Origin: Thermoanaerobaculia bacterium
Lineage (GTDB): Bacteria > Acidobacteriota > Thermoanaerobaculia > Multivoradales > UBA5704
Length of the DNA: 64,000 nt
Assembly: GCA_035544875.1 (NCBI GenBank)
Contig: DASZZP010000083.1
Location: 384,219 to 448,218, forward strand
Reading direction: 5' to 3'
The position numbers were made by a program, and so were the translations under genes. Below are positions 17,044 to 27,362 of this stretch, in pieces; within the stretch, counting starts at the first letter, position 1; every line of letters starts with the position of its first letter. The notes under the pieces were generated by a model. The model was not told where the DNA came from and did no database searches. It saw only the letters and a list, made by a program, of their open reading frames with translations.

Positions 17044-18534
17044 ATGCGCGAAGTCGAACCGTCATCCGCCGCCGCCGTTGCGGCTGCCGCCCCCTCCAGT
17101 CCAGGCGATCTGCGCGATCTGAATACTGCGGCGGAACACGCCGCCGGGATGCGCCAGCTCTGGGTGCTGATGGCCACGGTGTTCGTCGACATGATCGGCG
17201 CCATGATGGTCCTGCCCCTGCTGCCGTTCTACGTCATCCGCTTCGGCGCCCGTCCCTCGCTGGTCGGGCCGCTGATCGGCACCTTCTTCATGGCGCAGCT
17301 GGCCACGTCGCCGCTCTGGGGGCGGCTGTCCGACCGCTATGGCCGGCGGCCGCTGATCCTGGTCGGGCTCTTGCTGTCGGCGGTCTCCTACGTGCTGTTC
17401 GGCCTGGCCGGCACCATCTGGATGCTCTTTCTCTCCCGCCTCGTACAGGGAATCGGCAGCGGCACCGTCGGCGTCGTGCAGGCTTACGTCAGCGACTCGA
17501 TCGCGCCCGAGGAGCGCGCCAAGGCGCTGGGCTGGGTGACCGCGGCGATCAGCGCCGGCGTGGTGATCGGCCCCCTGATCGGCTCGTCGGCGACCTACCT
17601 CGGCTCCTCGGCGCCGGGTTATCTCGCGGCCGGTCTGTGCGTCGTCAACTTCCTCTTCGCCTCCCGCTGGCTGCCCGAGTCGCGGCACCGCGATGCCGCC
17701 CCCCTCGAGAAGAACGAGCGCGGCGAGCAGCCCCCGCCGCGGCGCTCGCTCAGGAAATCGATCGCCGAGGTGGTGCGCGAGCCGACCTCGCCGGTGGCCT
17801 CGCTGATCTGGCTCTATGCGGTCGGCATGATGGCCTTCATGGCGATGAACGGCGTCCTTGCCCTCTATCTCGGCCGGGTCTATGGCGTGACCGAGAAGAC
17901 CATCGGCTTCTTCTACACCTACGTCGGCGCCATCTCGCTGGTCATGCGCGCCGTCCTGCTGGGACCGGCGGTGCGCCGCTTCGGCGAGGTCGGCGCCATG
18001 CGGCTAGGCACCGTCGCGCTGGCGCTCGGGATGGCGGCGATCCCGCTGCCCGCCTGGCTGCCCATGCCGGCGGCAGCGCGGATCGCGGGTCTGGCGCTGG
18101 TCGTCCTGATGGTGCCGGTGGGAACCGCGCTCCTCTTTCCATCGACCACCGCCCTGGTGTCGCGGCGCGCGCCGCGCGAAGAGACCGGCCAGGTCATGGG
18201 CGTGCAGCAGGCGTTCGGCGGCGTCGCCCGCCTGCTCGGACCGCTCTGGTCGACGGCGGCCTTCGGCTTCAACGTCAACCTGCCCTTCTGGCTGGCGGCC
18301 GGCTTCATGCTGGGGGGAGGCGTCCTCGCCTCGACCATCCAACCCGAAGCCCGCGACTCGCGGGCCCAGCCCCGCGCCGCGGCGCCGGCCGCCGCCGGCG
18401 GGCCGGCCGCCGCAGCCGTGCCGTGCGAGCCGGCGATGGCCCCCGTCGAGGCGGCCCTCGCCTCGATGGAGCCCGCGGTCGCGCCGGTCGAAGCCGCAGC
18501 CGCCCCCGCCTCGGCGGCCGTCGAGCCGACCTGA
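17044..18534 (+). CDS. MFS transporter (TCR/Tet-like drug:H+ antiporter family)
   Basis: MFS motifs GRLSDRYGRRPLIL and multiple TM helices. The start may instead be the internal ATG at 17149 (MRQLWVLM...). Ala/Pro-rich C-terminal tail. Confidence 0.75.
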   Translation: MREVEPSSAAAVAAAAPSSPGDLRDLNTAAEHAAGMRQLWVLMATVFVDMIGAMMVLPLLPFYVIRFGARPSLVGPLIGTFFMAQLATSPLWGRLSDRYGRRPLILVGLLLSAVSYVLFGLAGTIWMLFLSRLVQGIGSGTVGVVQAYVSDSIAPEERAKALGWVTAAISAGVVIGPLIGSSATYLGSSAPGYLAAGLCVVNFLFASRWLPESRHRDAAPLEKNERGEQPPPRRSLRKSIAEVVREPTSPVASLIWLYAVGMMAFMAMNGVLALYLGRVYGVTEKTIGFFYTYVGAISLVMRAVLLGPAVRRFGEVGAMRLGTVALALGMAAIPLPAWLPMPAAARIAGLALVVLMVPVGTALLFPSTTALVSRRAPREETGQVMGVQQAFGGVARLLGPLWSTAAFGFNVNLPFWLAAGFMLGGGVLASTIQPEARDSRAQPRAAAPAAAGGPAAAAVPCEPAMAPVEAALASMEPAVAPVEAAAAPASAAVEPT

Positions 18535-18647
18535 CCCGATCTCCCCAGGGCAACCGGCCATCCGAGCGGCCCGAGCGGCTAGTCCCATAGACATTCGACA
18601 GATCTTCCGTATAATGAGACCTGTAGATTGACAAGGGGGATACCAAG

Positions 18648-19724
18648 ATGAGCCTGAAACGGGGCAAGCGGAGATGGATGCTTGGGCTCGAGGCGGCCGC
18701 CGCCGGTCTGCTGGCCCTCATGGCCGAGCGCGTCGCCGGCCTGGGCGCGCCCGCTGGGGCAGACCGGGAGGCGAACACGAAGCCGATGGCGCCCCAGCGG
18801 CAGGTGGCGATCCTGATCTTCGAAGGGGTGCAGATCATCGATTTCACCGGGCCCTATGAAGTCTTCGGGCACGCCGGATACAGTGCCTTCACGGTGGCGG
18901 AGAAACCGGGGCCCATCACCACCTCGATGGGGATAACGGTGGTGCCGCGCTACACGTTCGATTCCAGCCCGCCGGCGGACATCCTGGTCGTCCCCGGCGG
19001 CAACGTCCCCAGCGTGACCGAGAGCGCCAAGGCGGTGGCATGGGTCAAGAGCACCGCGAGCAAGACCCCGATCGTGCTGTCGGTGTGCAATGGCGCCTTC
19101 ATCCTGGCCCGCGCCGGGCTGCTCGACGGGCTCGAGGCCACCACCTTCGCGGCGTTGATCGACGACCTCGCGAAGGAAGCCCCCAGGACCCGGGTGGTGC
19201 GCGACAAGCGGTTCGTCGACAATGGCCACATCATCACCAGCGCCGGCCTCTCCTCGGGTATCGACGGCGCGCTGCACGTGATCGAAAGACTGGACGGCAA
19301 GGGCACCGCGCAGGTGGCCGCCACCGGCATGGAGTACAACTGGGACCCGGAGTCGAGGTACGTGCGCGCCGCGCTCGCCGACCGCTACCTGAGATCCACG
19401 TACCCCTTCCTGCACACACTGCCGCGCCGCATCCTCAGCTACGAGGGAACGAGCGAGCATTGGGAAGGACGATGGCTGGTGGAGAGCGATGTTCGCGCGC
19501 GGCAGCTCCTGACCCCTCTCGAGGCCGCTCTCACCACGGAAGGCCATTGGCGGCGACAGGAGGGGAAGGCGGCTGGTCCGCAGGTGGGCGCAGGCGCGGC
19601 GAGTCACTGGCGATTCGACGACGAGCGCGGGCGGAGCTGGCGGGGGCTCGCGCGCGTGGAAGCCGCCCCCGGCGAGAAGGGCAAGCTGCTGGTCACCCTG
19701 CGAGTCGAGCTCGGCGCCGGCTGA
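18648..19724 (+). CDS. DJ-1/PfpI (ThiJ) family protein with C-terminal extension
   Basis: VAILIFEGVQIIDFTGPYEVF...LSVCNGAFILARAGLLDGLEATT (nucleophile-elbow Cys) ...ITSAGLSSGIDGALHVI. GGGGGA SD precedes ATG 18648. A/T-richer upstream region contains TATAAT at 18610. Confidence 0.75.
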   Translation: MSLKRGKRRWMLGLEAAAAGLLALMAERVAGLGAPAGADREANTKPMAPQRQVAILIFEGVQIIDFTGPYEVFGHAGYSAFTVAEKPGPITTSMGITVVPRYTFDSSPPADILVVPGGNVPSVTESAKAVAWVKSTASKTPIVLSVCNGAFILARAGLLDGLEATTFAALIDDLAKEAPRTRVVRDKRFVDNGHIITSAGLSSGIDGALHVIERLDGKGTAQVAATGMEYNWDPESRYVRAALADRYLRSTYPFLHTLPRRILSYEGTSEHWEGRWLVESDVRARQLLTPLEAALTTEGHWRRQEGKAAGPQVGAGAASHWRFDDERGRSWRGLARVEAAPGEKGKLLVTLRVELGAG

Positions 19725-19743
19725 GACCAGCCCCAGCCGGCAG

Positions 19744-20793
19744 TCAAACGCGCTGGGACGCCTCGACGATCGAAACCAATTCACCTGGAACGGCGATGAT
19801 GCGTTGGCACTCGAACGCGGCGCTGCTGAGGAGGCTCTTCCATTCGACTGCGCTGCGCTCTTTGCCTCCAGTAACGGCTAACATATTCAGGTCACTCATC
19901 AACTGGCGTTCCAGTTCCGAGTCGGCATGATCGACGACATCGGGCAGAACAATTTCAATCACCAGAACACGACCCTCGGCCGGCAGAACAGACCGGCAAT
20001 GACCGAGAATCTCGATCGCCGCCTCATCGTCGTAGCCGTGAAGCACATTTTTCAACAGGTAGACATCTGCTCCGGCGGGCACGCCTTGGCGCAGATCCGT
20101 GCCCAACATCTGGCAGCGCGCGGCGAGCCCTTCACTCTCTAAACGCGATGTCGCCTTATCGATGAATTCCGGCCGATCGACCAACATTCCGCGCAGGTTG
20201 GGAAAAGCGTTCAGGACCGCGGCAATCAGCGCGCCGCCGCCTCCGCCAAGATCGGCAACGGTATGGCAATTCGAGAAATCGCAGGCACCCGCGATGGGAC
20301 CATAATCCTCGGTGGGCGCCGTGCCCATCACTGCGCCGAAGATGGCTCTGGCGTTCGGTTCTCTTGACCAGCGCGAGGCCACGCCCTCGCGCTCCATGAT
20401 CCGCGCGGCGTTTTCGCCGGTGCGGACGCACTCGGTCAGATGCGACCAGTTGTCGGCGAGCAGGTCCGCCCAGAATACAATCGGCGCCCATTCTGAATTG
20501 GGCGCGTCCCTTCGGAGGGGCTTGCCAAACGATGTCAGGACGAAGTGCCGCGGAGTGGTTTCGGCGACGACGCCGAAGCTGGCTAGGGCACGCAACAGCC
20601 GATACAAGGAGCCCGGTTGGGCGCCACACGATACAGCAAGCTGGTCAACGGAGCGCTGGTCGTCGCCGAGAGCATCCGCCAAGCCCAAGCGGGCGGCGGC
20701 GCAGAGAATCCGGCTCCGCGAATAGCCCATCGCCATCTCGGTCAGCGCTTTGTTCTGGGCAACCCTACCAGCGTCCGCGCGAGGTCCGGCCAT
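19744..20793 (-). CDS. class I SAM-dependent O-methyltransferase (COMT/dimerisation-domain type)
   Basis: N-terminal winged-helix dimerisation region. SAM motif VADLGGGGGALIAAVLNAFPNLRGMLVDRPE. Tail VLHGYDDEAAIEILGHCRSVLPAEGRVLVIE. GC of this gene (~58%) is well below flanks. Confidence 0.8.
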   Translation of the reverse strand: MAGPRADAGRVAQNKALTEMAMGYSRSRILCAAARLGLADALGDDQRSVDQLAVSCGAQPGSLYRLLRALASFGVVAETTPRHFVLTSFGKPLRRDAPNSEWAPIVFWADLLADNWSHLTECVRTGENAARIMEREGVASRWSREPNARAIFGAVMGTAPTEDYGPIAGACDFSNCHTVADLGGGGGALIAAVLNAFPNLRGMLVDRPEFIDKATSRLESEGLAARCQMLGTDLRQGVPAGADVYLLKNVLHGYDDEAAIEILGHCRSVLPAEGRVLVIEIVLPDVVDHADSELERQLMSDLNMLAVTGGKERSAVEWKSLLSSAAFECQRIIAVPGELVSIVEASQRV

Positions 20794-21160
20794 CTCTCTT
20801 TCCTCCAGAGGTCAGCATAGACCATCATCAAACCGACGTCGAAGCCGGACTGACCTCGACCAAGCCAGGGAGTGCGACCCTCGGCGCTAGGTGAAGGTGA
20901 AGGACAATCGCGCGGGGTGCTTGGAACGCTCAGGGATCGCGAGCTGCGCGAGCGGCTAAGTCGCAGCCGACCGCGGGCAGCCGTCCGCGGCAGGTCGCTC
21001 TGCGACGTCCATCACCGGACGTGCGGCAGCCGCCTGTCCGTCACCGGACGGGCCAGTCGCCGCAGTTGCGGCAGCCTGCTGCCGCGCAGCGGCGGCTGGG
21101 CCGGCAATGATAGAAGAGGCGGCGGGCGCCTCGCGACGAACCGGCGTTGAGAAATGGGGG

Positions 21161-23212
21161 CTACACCTCCGCGCGAACGGGCAGCACCACCATCGGGACG
21201 CCCATCCACTGCAGGCGGCGCTGGATGATCATCGAAGTCTCGTTGTGCAGCAGGCGGAAGAAGAGCCGCTCGCGGCGGAACACCAGCTTGCCGGTGAAGA
21301 AGGTGGCTTTGGGGTAGATCCGCGACAGCCGCTCGCAGACCCGCGAGGCCTCGGCCACCACTTCGATCCCCAGGTGACAGACGCTGTCCGCGGGAAAGCC
21401 CAGACGGCGCGTCAGGTCGACGTACTTCGCCACGTCCTCTTCGGTGTGTTTCTGCAGCGCCTCGAGCTCTTCCTTGCCCTTGAAGCTCCCCGAATCGACG
21501 ACCGCGATCGACACGAACACGAACTGCTTGAAGAGGCCGGGGAAGAAACGCAGGATCGAAAGCAGCGTGTGCACGCCGAAGCCGTTGAAGGCGCTCACCA
21601 GCAGCACCGCGGTCGGCACCTTGCTGTCGAGCGGCTCGCGGTTGGGCTCCCCGGTGGTAGGCAGCGAGCCCAGGACCTCGTCGAGCTGGCGCAGGCCGGC
21701 CCTGGCGTTGCGGTAGTGCTGGTTGATGGCGTAGCACAGAGCGACGAAGACCGAGGTGATGAGGACGGTCAACCAGCCGCCGTGAGTGAACCGCTCGAAC
21801 ACCGTGATGACCAGGATGCTGGCGCACATCGCGAGCGCGACGCCGTGCACCACCAGGTGGCGGCGGCGCCGGCGGTCGCCGCGGTGCCCCCACCAGTGGC
21901 GACTCATGCCGAGCTGGGAGAGGGTGAAAGTCAAGAAGACGTTGATCGAGTACATGTAGACCAGGGTCTGGATGCTGCCTTGGGTGTAGAAGAGCATCGC
22001 CAGCGCCGCCGCGCCCATGAGCAGCACGCCGTTCTGCATGGTCAGCTGCTCGGAGAGCGCGGCGAAGCGGTGCGGCCAGAACGAGTCGGTTGCCATGTTG
22101 GCCATCACCCGCGGCCCATCGATGAAGCCGGTCTGGGCCGCCACCACCAGCAGCAGCCCCTCCGAGATCAGGGTGATGAGCACCAGCCAGTAGCCGAACG
22201 GCATCCCGGCGGCGTGCCAGCCGCCGAAGACCTTCTCGGCGAGGACCGCGTTCATCGTCTTGCCGGAGACGAAGCGGGCGTCGAGCAGCAGGTAGCCGAT
22301 CAGGATGCCGCCGGCGGTCAGGGCCAGTGACAGCGCCATGTAGAGCATCGTCCGTTTGCCGGTCTCGACGCGCGGCTCGCGCATGATCTGCAGGCCGTTG
22401 GAGACCGCCTCGATGCCGGTGTAGGTGCCGCCGCCGAGCGCGTAGGCGCGCAGCAGCAGCAGGGCCATGCCGCCGAGCCCCAGGGTGGTGAGCCCCGAGG
22501 AGAAGCCGCTTCTAACCTGGTGCGCCATGGCGGGGACCTGGCCGGCGTGGCCGATGATGGTGGTGGCGAGCAGCAGCGCGTGAGCGAGCAGGAAGACGAG
22601 GAAGATCGGCGTCAGCGCCTTGATCGACTCCTTGACCCCCCGGAGGTTGAGGGCGATGAGCACCCCGATGGTCAGATACTCGCAAGGCAGCTTGAGGTGG
22701 TGAACGTTCATCGGGAGGAAGCTGAAGACGGTATCTCCTCCCGAAGCGATCGAGGTGGTGATGGTGAGCACGTAGTCGACCACCAGGGCGCAGCCGGAGA
22801 CGACGCCGATCCTGGGGCCCAGCAGATGGGATGCGACGACGTAGCCGCCGCCGCCGGTCGGGAACTGCTCGATGATGCTGCTGTAGGAGGCGGAGATGAT
22901 GAAGACGGTGAGCGCGGTCGCGACGGCCAGCCCGAGCGCCAGGTAGGTGTGATGTCCGAGCGCCTTGAAGGCCTCCTCGGGGCCGTAGGCGGAGGAGGAG
23001 AGCCCATCGGCCCCCAGCCCGACCCAGGCCAGGAAGGCGATGAGCGACATCTTGTGCAGCTGCGAGGTGTCGCTGACGTCGCGGGGGGCGCCCAGCAGGG
23101 TCCGGCGCACCCGTTCCGAGAGCGTCTCGCCGGCGCGCTCGTCCTTGCTTCTTGCCGCACCTGTCGCGCCGTCGCTCGGCTCCCCGGATTGGCGCGCGCC
23201 AGGTTGTTCCAT
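21161..23212 (-). CDS. APC-family amino acid permease fused to C-terminal UspA-like domain (683 aa)
   Basis: 12-TM APC core (LGLGADGLSSSAYGPEE...). C-terminal ~150 aa (AVLLVSAFNGFGVHTL...ADSVCHLGIEVVAEASRV...) resemble a universal-stress-protein / KdpD-type domain. Confidence 0.75.
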   Translation of the reverse strand: MEQPGARQSGEPSDGATGAARSKDERAGETLSERVRRTLLGAPRDVSDTSQLHKMSLIAFLAWVGLGADGLSSSAYGPEEAFKALGHHTYLALGLAVATALTVFIISASYSSIIEQFPTGGGGYVVASHLLGPRIGVVSGCALVVDYVLTITTSIASGGDTVFSFLPMNVHHLKLPCEYLTIGVLIALNLRGVKESIKALTPIFLVFLLAHALLLATTIIGHAGQVPAMAHQVRSGFSSGLTTLGLGGMALLLLRAYALGGGTYTGIEAVSNGLQIMREPRVETGKRTMLYMALSLALTAGGILIGYLLLDARFVSGKTMNAVLAEKVFGGWHAAGMPFGYWLVLITLISEGLLLVVAAQTGFIDGPRVMANMATDSFWPHRFAALSEQLTMQNGVLLMGAAALAMLFYTQGSIQTLVYMYSINVFLTFTLSQLGMSRHWWGHRGDRRRRRHLVVHGVALAMCASILVITVFERFTHGGWLTVLITSVFVALCYAINQHYRNARAGLRQLDEVLGSLPTTGEPNREPLDSKVPTAVLLVSAFNGFGVHTLLSILRFFPGLFKQFVFVSIAVVDSGSFKGKEELEALQKHTEEDVAKYVDLTRRLGFPADSVCHLGIEVVAEASRVCERLSRIYPKATFFTGKLVFRRERLFFRLLHNETSMIIQRRLQWMGVPMVVLPVRAEV

Positions 23213-23254
23213 GCCTATTCGTCGGAGTGTCGGCGAACGGACTCGACAAGCACG

Positions 23255-23295
23255 AAAAAGGGGCAGGGCGCTGTCGCCACCCTGCCCTTTTTCTG
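23255..23295. terminator. bidirectional rho-independent terminator downstream of tRNA-fMet
   Basis: AAAAAG-GGGCAGGG-cgctgtcgcca-CCCTGCCC-TTTTTCTG. 8-bp GC stem flanked by an A-tract and a T-tract. Confidence 0.7.
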
Positions 23296-23331
23296 ACTAT
23301 CCAAAGCCGCCGTCGGAAGCGGGCAGATCTC

Positions 23332-23413
<82 letters not shown>

Positions 23414-23546
23414 CCATGTCCTGCGCACCCCTTGGGGGGTGAGGCCGAATCGTCGCACATCGCCACTACCCTGTCAATCGCCCATCAAAGCAGGCAATGC
23501 CGGCGCCTCGTCATCCGGCCAACGACCGCGACGGTCTGAACCCTCG

Positions 23547-24905
23547 TCACTCCAGGTAGCCCAGCGAGCGCAGGCGGCTCTCGGCCTCGGCGGCCTGGCG
23601 CACGCTGTCGCCGGCCGCCGAGCCCTCGCTGCTGGCAATCCAGTTGGCCATCGCCCGGCGCAGGCGCTGGGCGTCGCCGCGATGGTCGCGCAGCACGTCG
23701 CGCCGCTCGCCGGGATCGGCGGCCAGGTCGTAAAGGGCGAAGTGCCGGGTGGCGAGATCGAAGACCAGCTTGAACCGGCCATCGGCGACGCCGCGCTCGG
23801 TTCCCTGGGCGCTCCACTGGTACGAGCTCGCGAGCGCCGTGCCCTCGATGGCGGGACGCAGGCTGCGGCCGGCGAAGGCGAAGCCGGCGGCCGGGACGCC
23901 GAGGTAGTCGAGCAGTGTGGGGAGGATGTCGACGTTCTGAGCCGGGGTGGCGAGCTCGCGCCCGCGCCCGCCGCCTGGGATGCGCAGCAGCAGCGGCACC
24001 CGGACCGAGCTGTCGAAGACGGTCCGGCAGTGCTTGATCTGGCCGTGCTCCATGAATTCCTCGCCGTGGTCGGCCGCGAAGACCAGGATCGTCTCGTCGA
24101 GCAGCCCGGCGCGCCGGATCGCGCGCAGCAGCAGGTCGAGCTGGGTGTCGAAGAAGGCGATCTTATCGTCGTAGAGATCGACCAGGTAGCGCAGGTCCTC
24201 GGCGGTCAGGCCGGGGTCGGGTCCCCCCCGGTAGAGCCAGTTGGCGATCGGGTTGGGATCGCCCTGCTGCACGAATCTCTTGGCCGGGTGGCCGAACGCG
24301 AAGCGGCGGCGGTGGTAGGGCGGCGGCAGGTAGGGACCGTGCGGGTCCATGAAATGGAGGTAGAGCAGCAGCGGCCGGCCGCCACGGCGGAGCTCGCCGC
24401 GCGCCCGCTCGACCACGCAGTCGGCGGGTTTCCACAGGCACTCTTCGTCGAAGCGTTCGAAGCCCCGGTCGTAGCCGCCGCCGGGATTGAAGCGGCTCGG
24501 GCTCCTGCGCACCACCGGGCTCGCCGAGATGGCGACGGTGCGGAACCCCCGGTGCCGCAGGATCTCGGCCAGCCCGGGGATGCCCGCCGGCAGCCCCATC
24601 GCGCCGCCGGGCTGGCCGAGGAAGACCGCCGGATAGCGCGAGGTGAGGATCGAGTTGACCGATGGAAAGGTGCAGGAGGACTGCGCGCGCGCGCTGCTGA
24701 ACAGCACCGACTCGCCAGCCAGGGCGGTGAGCGCCGGGCTGGTGTTGCGCCCGTAACCGTAGAGCGGCAGATGATCGGCCCGCAGCGTGTCGACCAGGAG
24801 GAAGACCACGTTGCGCGGCGGCGGCGGCTTCTGCTGCGCGCAGGCTGCCGCGAGCAGCAGCCCGCCGGCGAGCCGGCTAATCCGCGAGGTGAATGAGAAA
24901 CTCAC
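23547..24905 (-). CDS. sulfatase-family lipoprotein (arylsulfatase/alkaline-phosphatase superfamily)
   Basis: Lipobox LLLAAACAQ. Sulfatase motifs VVFLLVDTLRADHL (LVDxxRxD) and C-T-F-P-S (CTFPSVNS, formylglycine site), plus HFMDPHGPY. Confidence 0.8.
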   Translation of the reverse strand: MSFSFTSRISRLAGGLLLAAACAQQKPPPPRNVVFLLVDTLRADHLPLYGYGRNTSPALTALAGESVLFSSARAQSSCTFPSVNSILTSRYPAVFLGQPGGAMGLPAGIPGLAEILRHRGFRTVAISASPVVRRSPSRFNPGGGYDRGFERFDEECLWKPADCVVERARGELRRGGRPLLLYLHFMDPHGPYLPPPYHRRRFAFGHPAKRFVQQGDPNPIANWLYRGGPDPGLTAEDLRYLVDLYDDKIAFFDTQLDLLLRAIRRAGLLDETILVFAADHGEEFMEHGQIKHCRTVFDSSVRVPLLLRIPGGGRGRELATPAQNVDILPTLLDYLGVPAAGFAFAGRSLRPAIEGTALASSYQWSAQGTERGVADGRFKLVFDLATRHFALYDLAADPGERRDVLRDHRGDAQRLRRAMANWIASSEGSAAGDSVRQAAEAESRLRSLGYLE

Positions 24906-25503
24906 GTTCGATCAGCGCGCGCAGCCGGGTCAGCCGCTCGGACTGCGGCTCCCCCTTGCGCGCCTCGGCGATGATCACGTGCGGCAGGTCGGCCGAGTCG
25001 CCGTAGGTCTCGTGACGCTCGATCCCCTGGAACACCGGCAGCTCGCTCTCGCCGTGGCGGCACCAGCGCAGGTCGGTGAAGCCGCTGGCGCCCAGCGCCT
25101 CGCCCAGCAGCTCCTTGTTCCAGAGGAACTGGTGGCGCCAGCCGTGGAAGGCGCGGTTGAGGATGAGGGCGCTGGCCCGCATGAGGTCGGGCGCACCGCC
25201 GAGCTGATAGTGGCTGGCCCACACCCAGTCGAGGTTGGGAGTGGAGAGGCGAATCCAGCCGCGGCGCGCCAGCACTCGCTGCGCCTCGAGCAGGAAGCCC
25301 AGGGCGTCGGCGATCTGGAGATGCTCGATGAAATGCTCGGCGAAGACCGCTTCGACACCGGAGAAGTCGAGCCCCTTGGTCACGTCGGCCACCACGTCGA
25401 CCTCGGGCAGCGGCTGCACGTCGATGTTGATCCAACCGTCGAGGCGGGCGTGGCCGCTGCCGATGTGCAGCCGCGGCGCGGTTTTCTGGAAGGGAAGGCG
25501 CAT
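24877..25503 (-). CDS. class I SAM-dependent methyltransferase (Methyltransf_11/23-like)
   Basis: LHIGSGHARLDGWINIDV...VVADV...GVEAVFAEHFIEHL. 29-bp overlap with the sulfatase gene start. Confidence 0.65.
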   Translation of the reverse strand: MRLPFQKTAPRLHIGSGHARLDGWINIDVQPLPEVDVVADVTKGLDFSGVEAVFAEHFIEHLQIADALGFLLEAQRVLARRGWIRLSTPNLDWVWASHYQLGGAPDLMRASALILNRAFHGWRHQFLWNKELLGEALGASGFTDLRWCRHGESELPVFQGIERHETYGDSADLPHVIIAEARKGEPQSERLTRLRALIEREFLIHLAD

Positions 25504-25621
25504 GCGGGACCCCGGGCTCCCTGAGCGTCCGGGCAGCGGGGGAGTCTAGCACGGAGGCGATGGCGGCTGATTATGCCCGGCGGCGGGCAAAACCCTTGAG
25601 GCAACGTGATTTTGCGGCTAA

Positions 25622-27354
<1,733 letters not shown>

Positions 27355-27362
27355 CCCGTACC

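Noticed and set aside
18628-18633. TTGACA hexamer just upstream of the DJ-1 start as a -35 box
   Set aside because: It lies 15 bp before the ATG, so the matching -10 would fall inside the coding region. The TATAAT at 18610 lacks a convincing -35. Promoter left unassigned.
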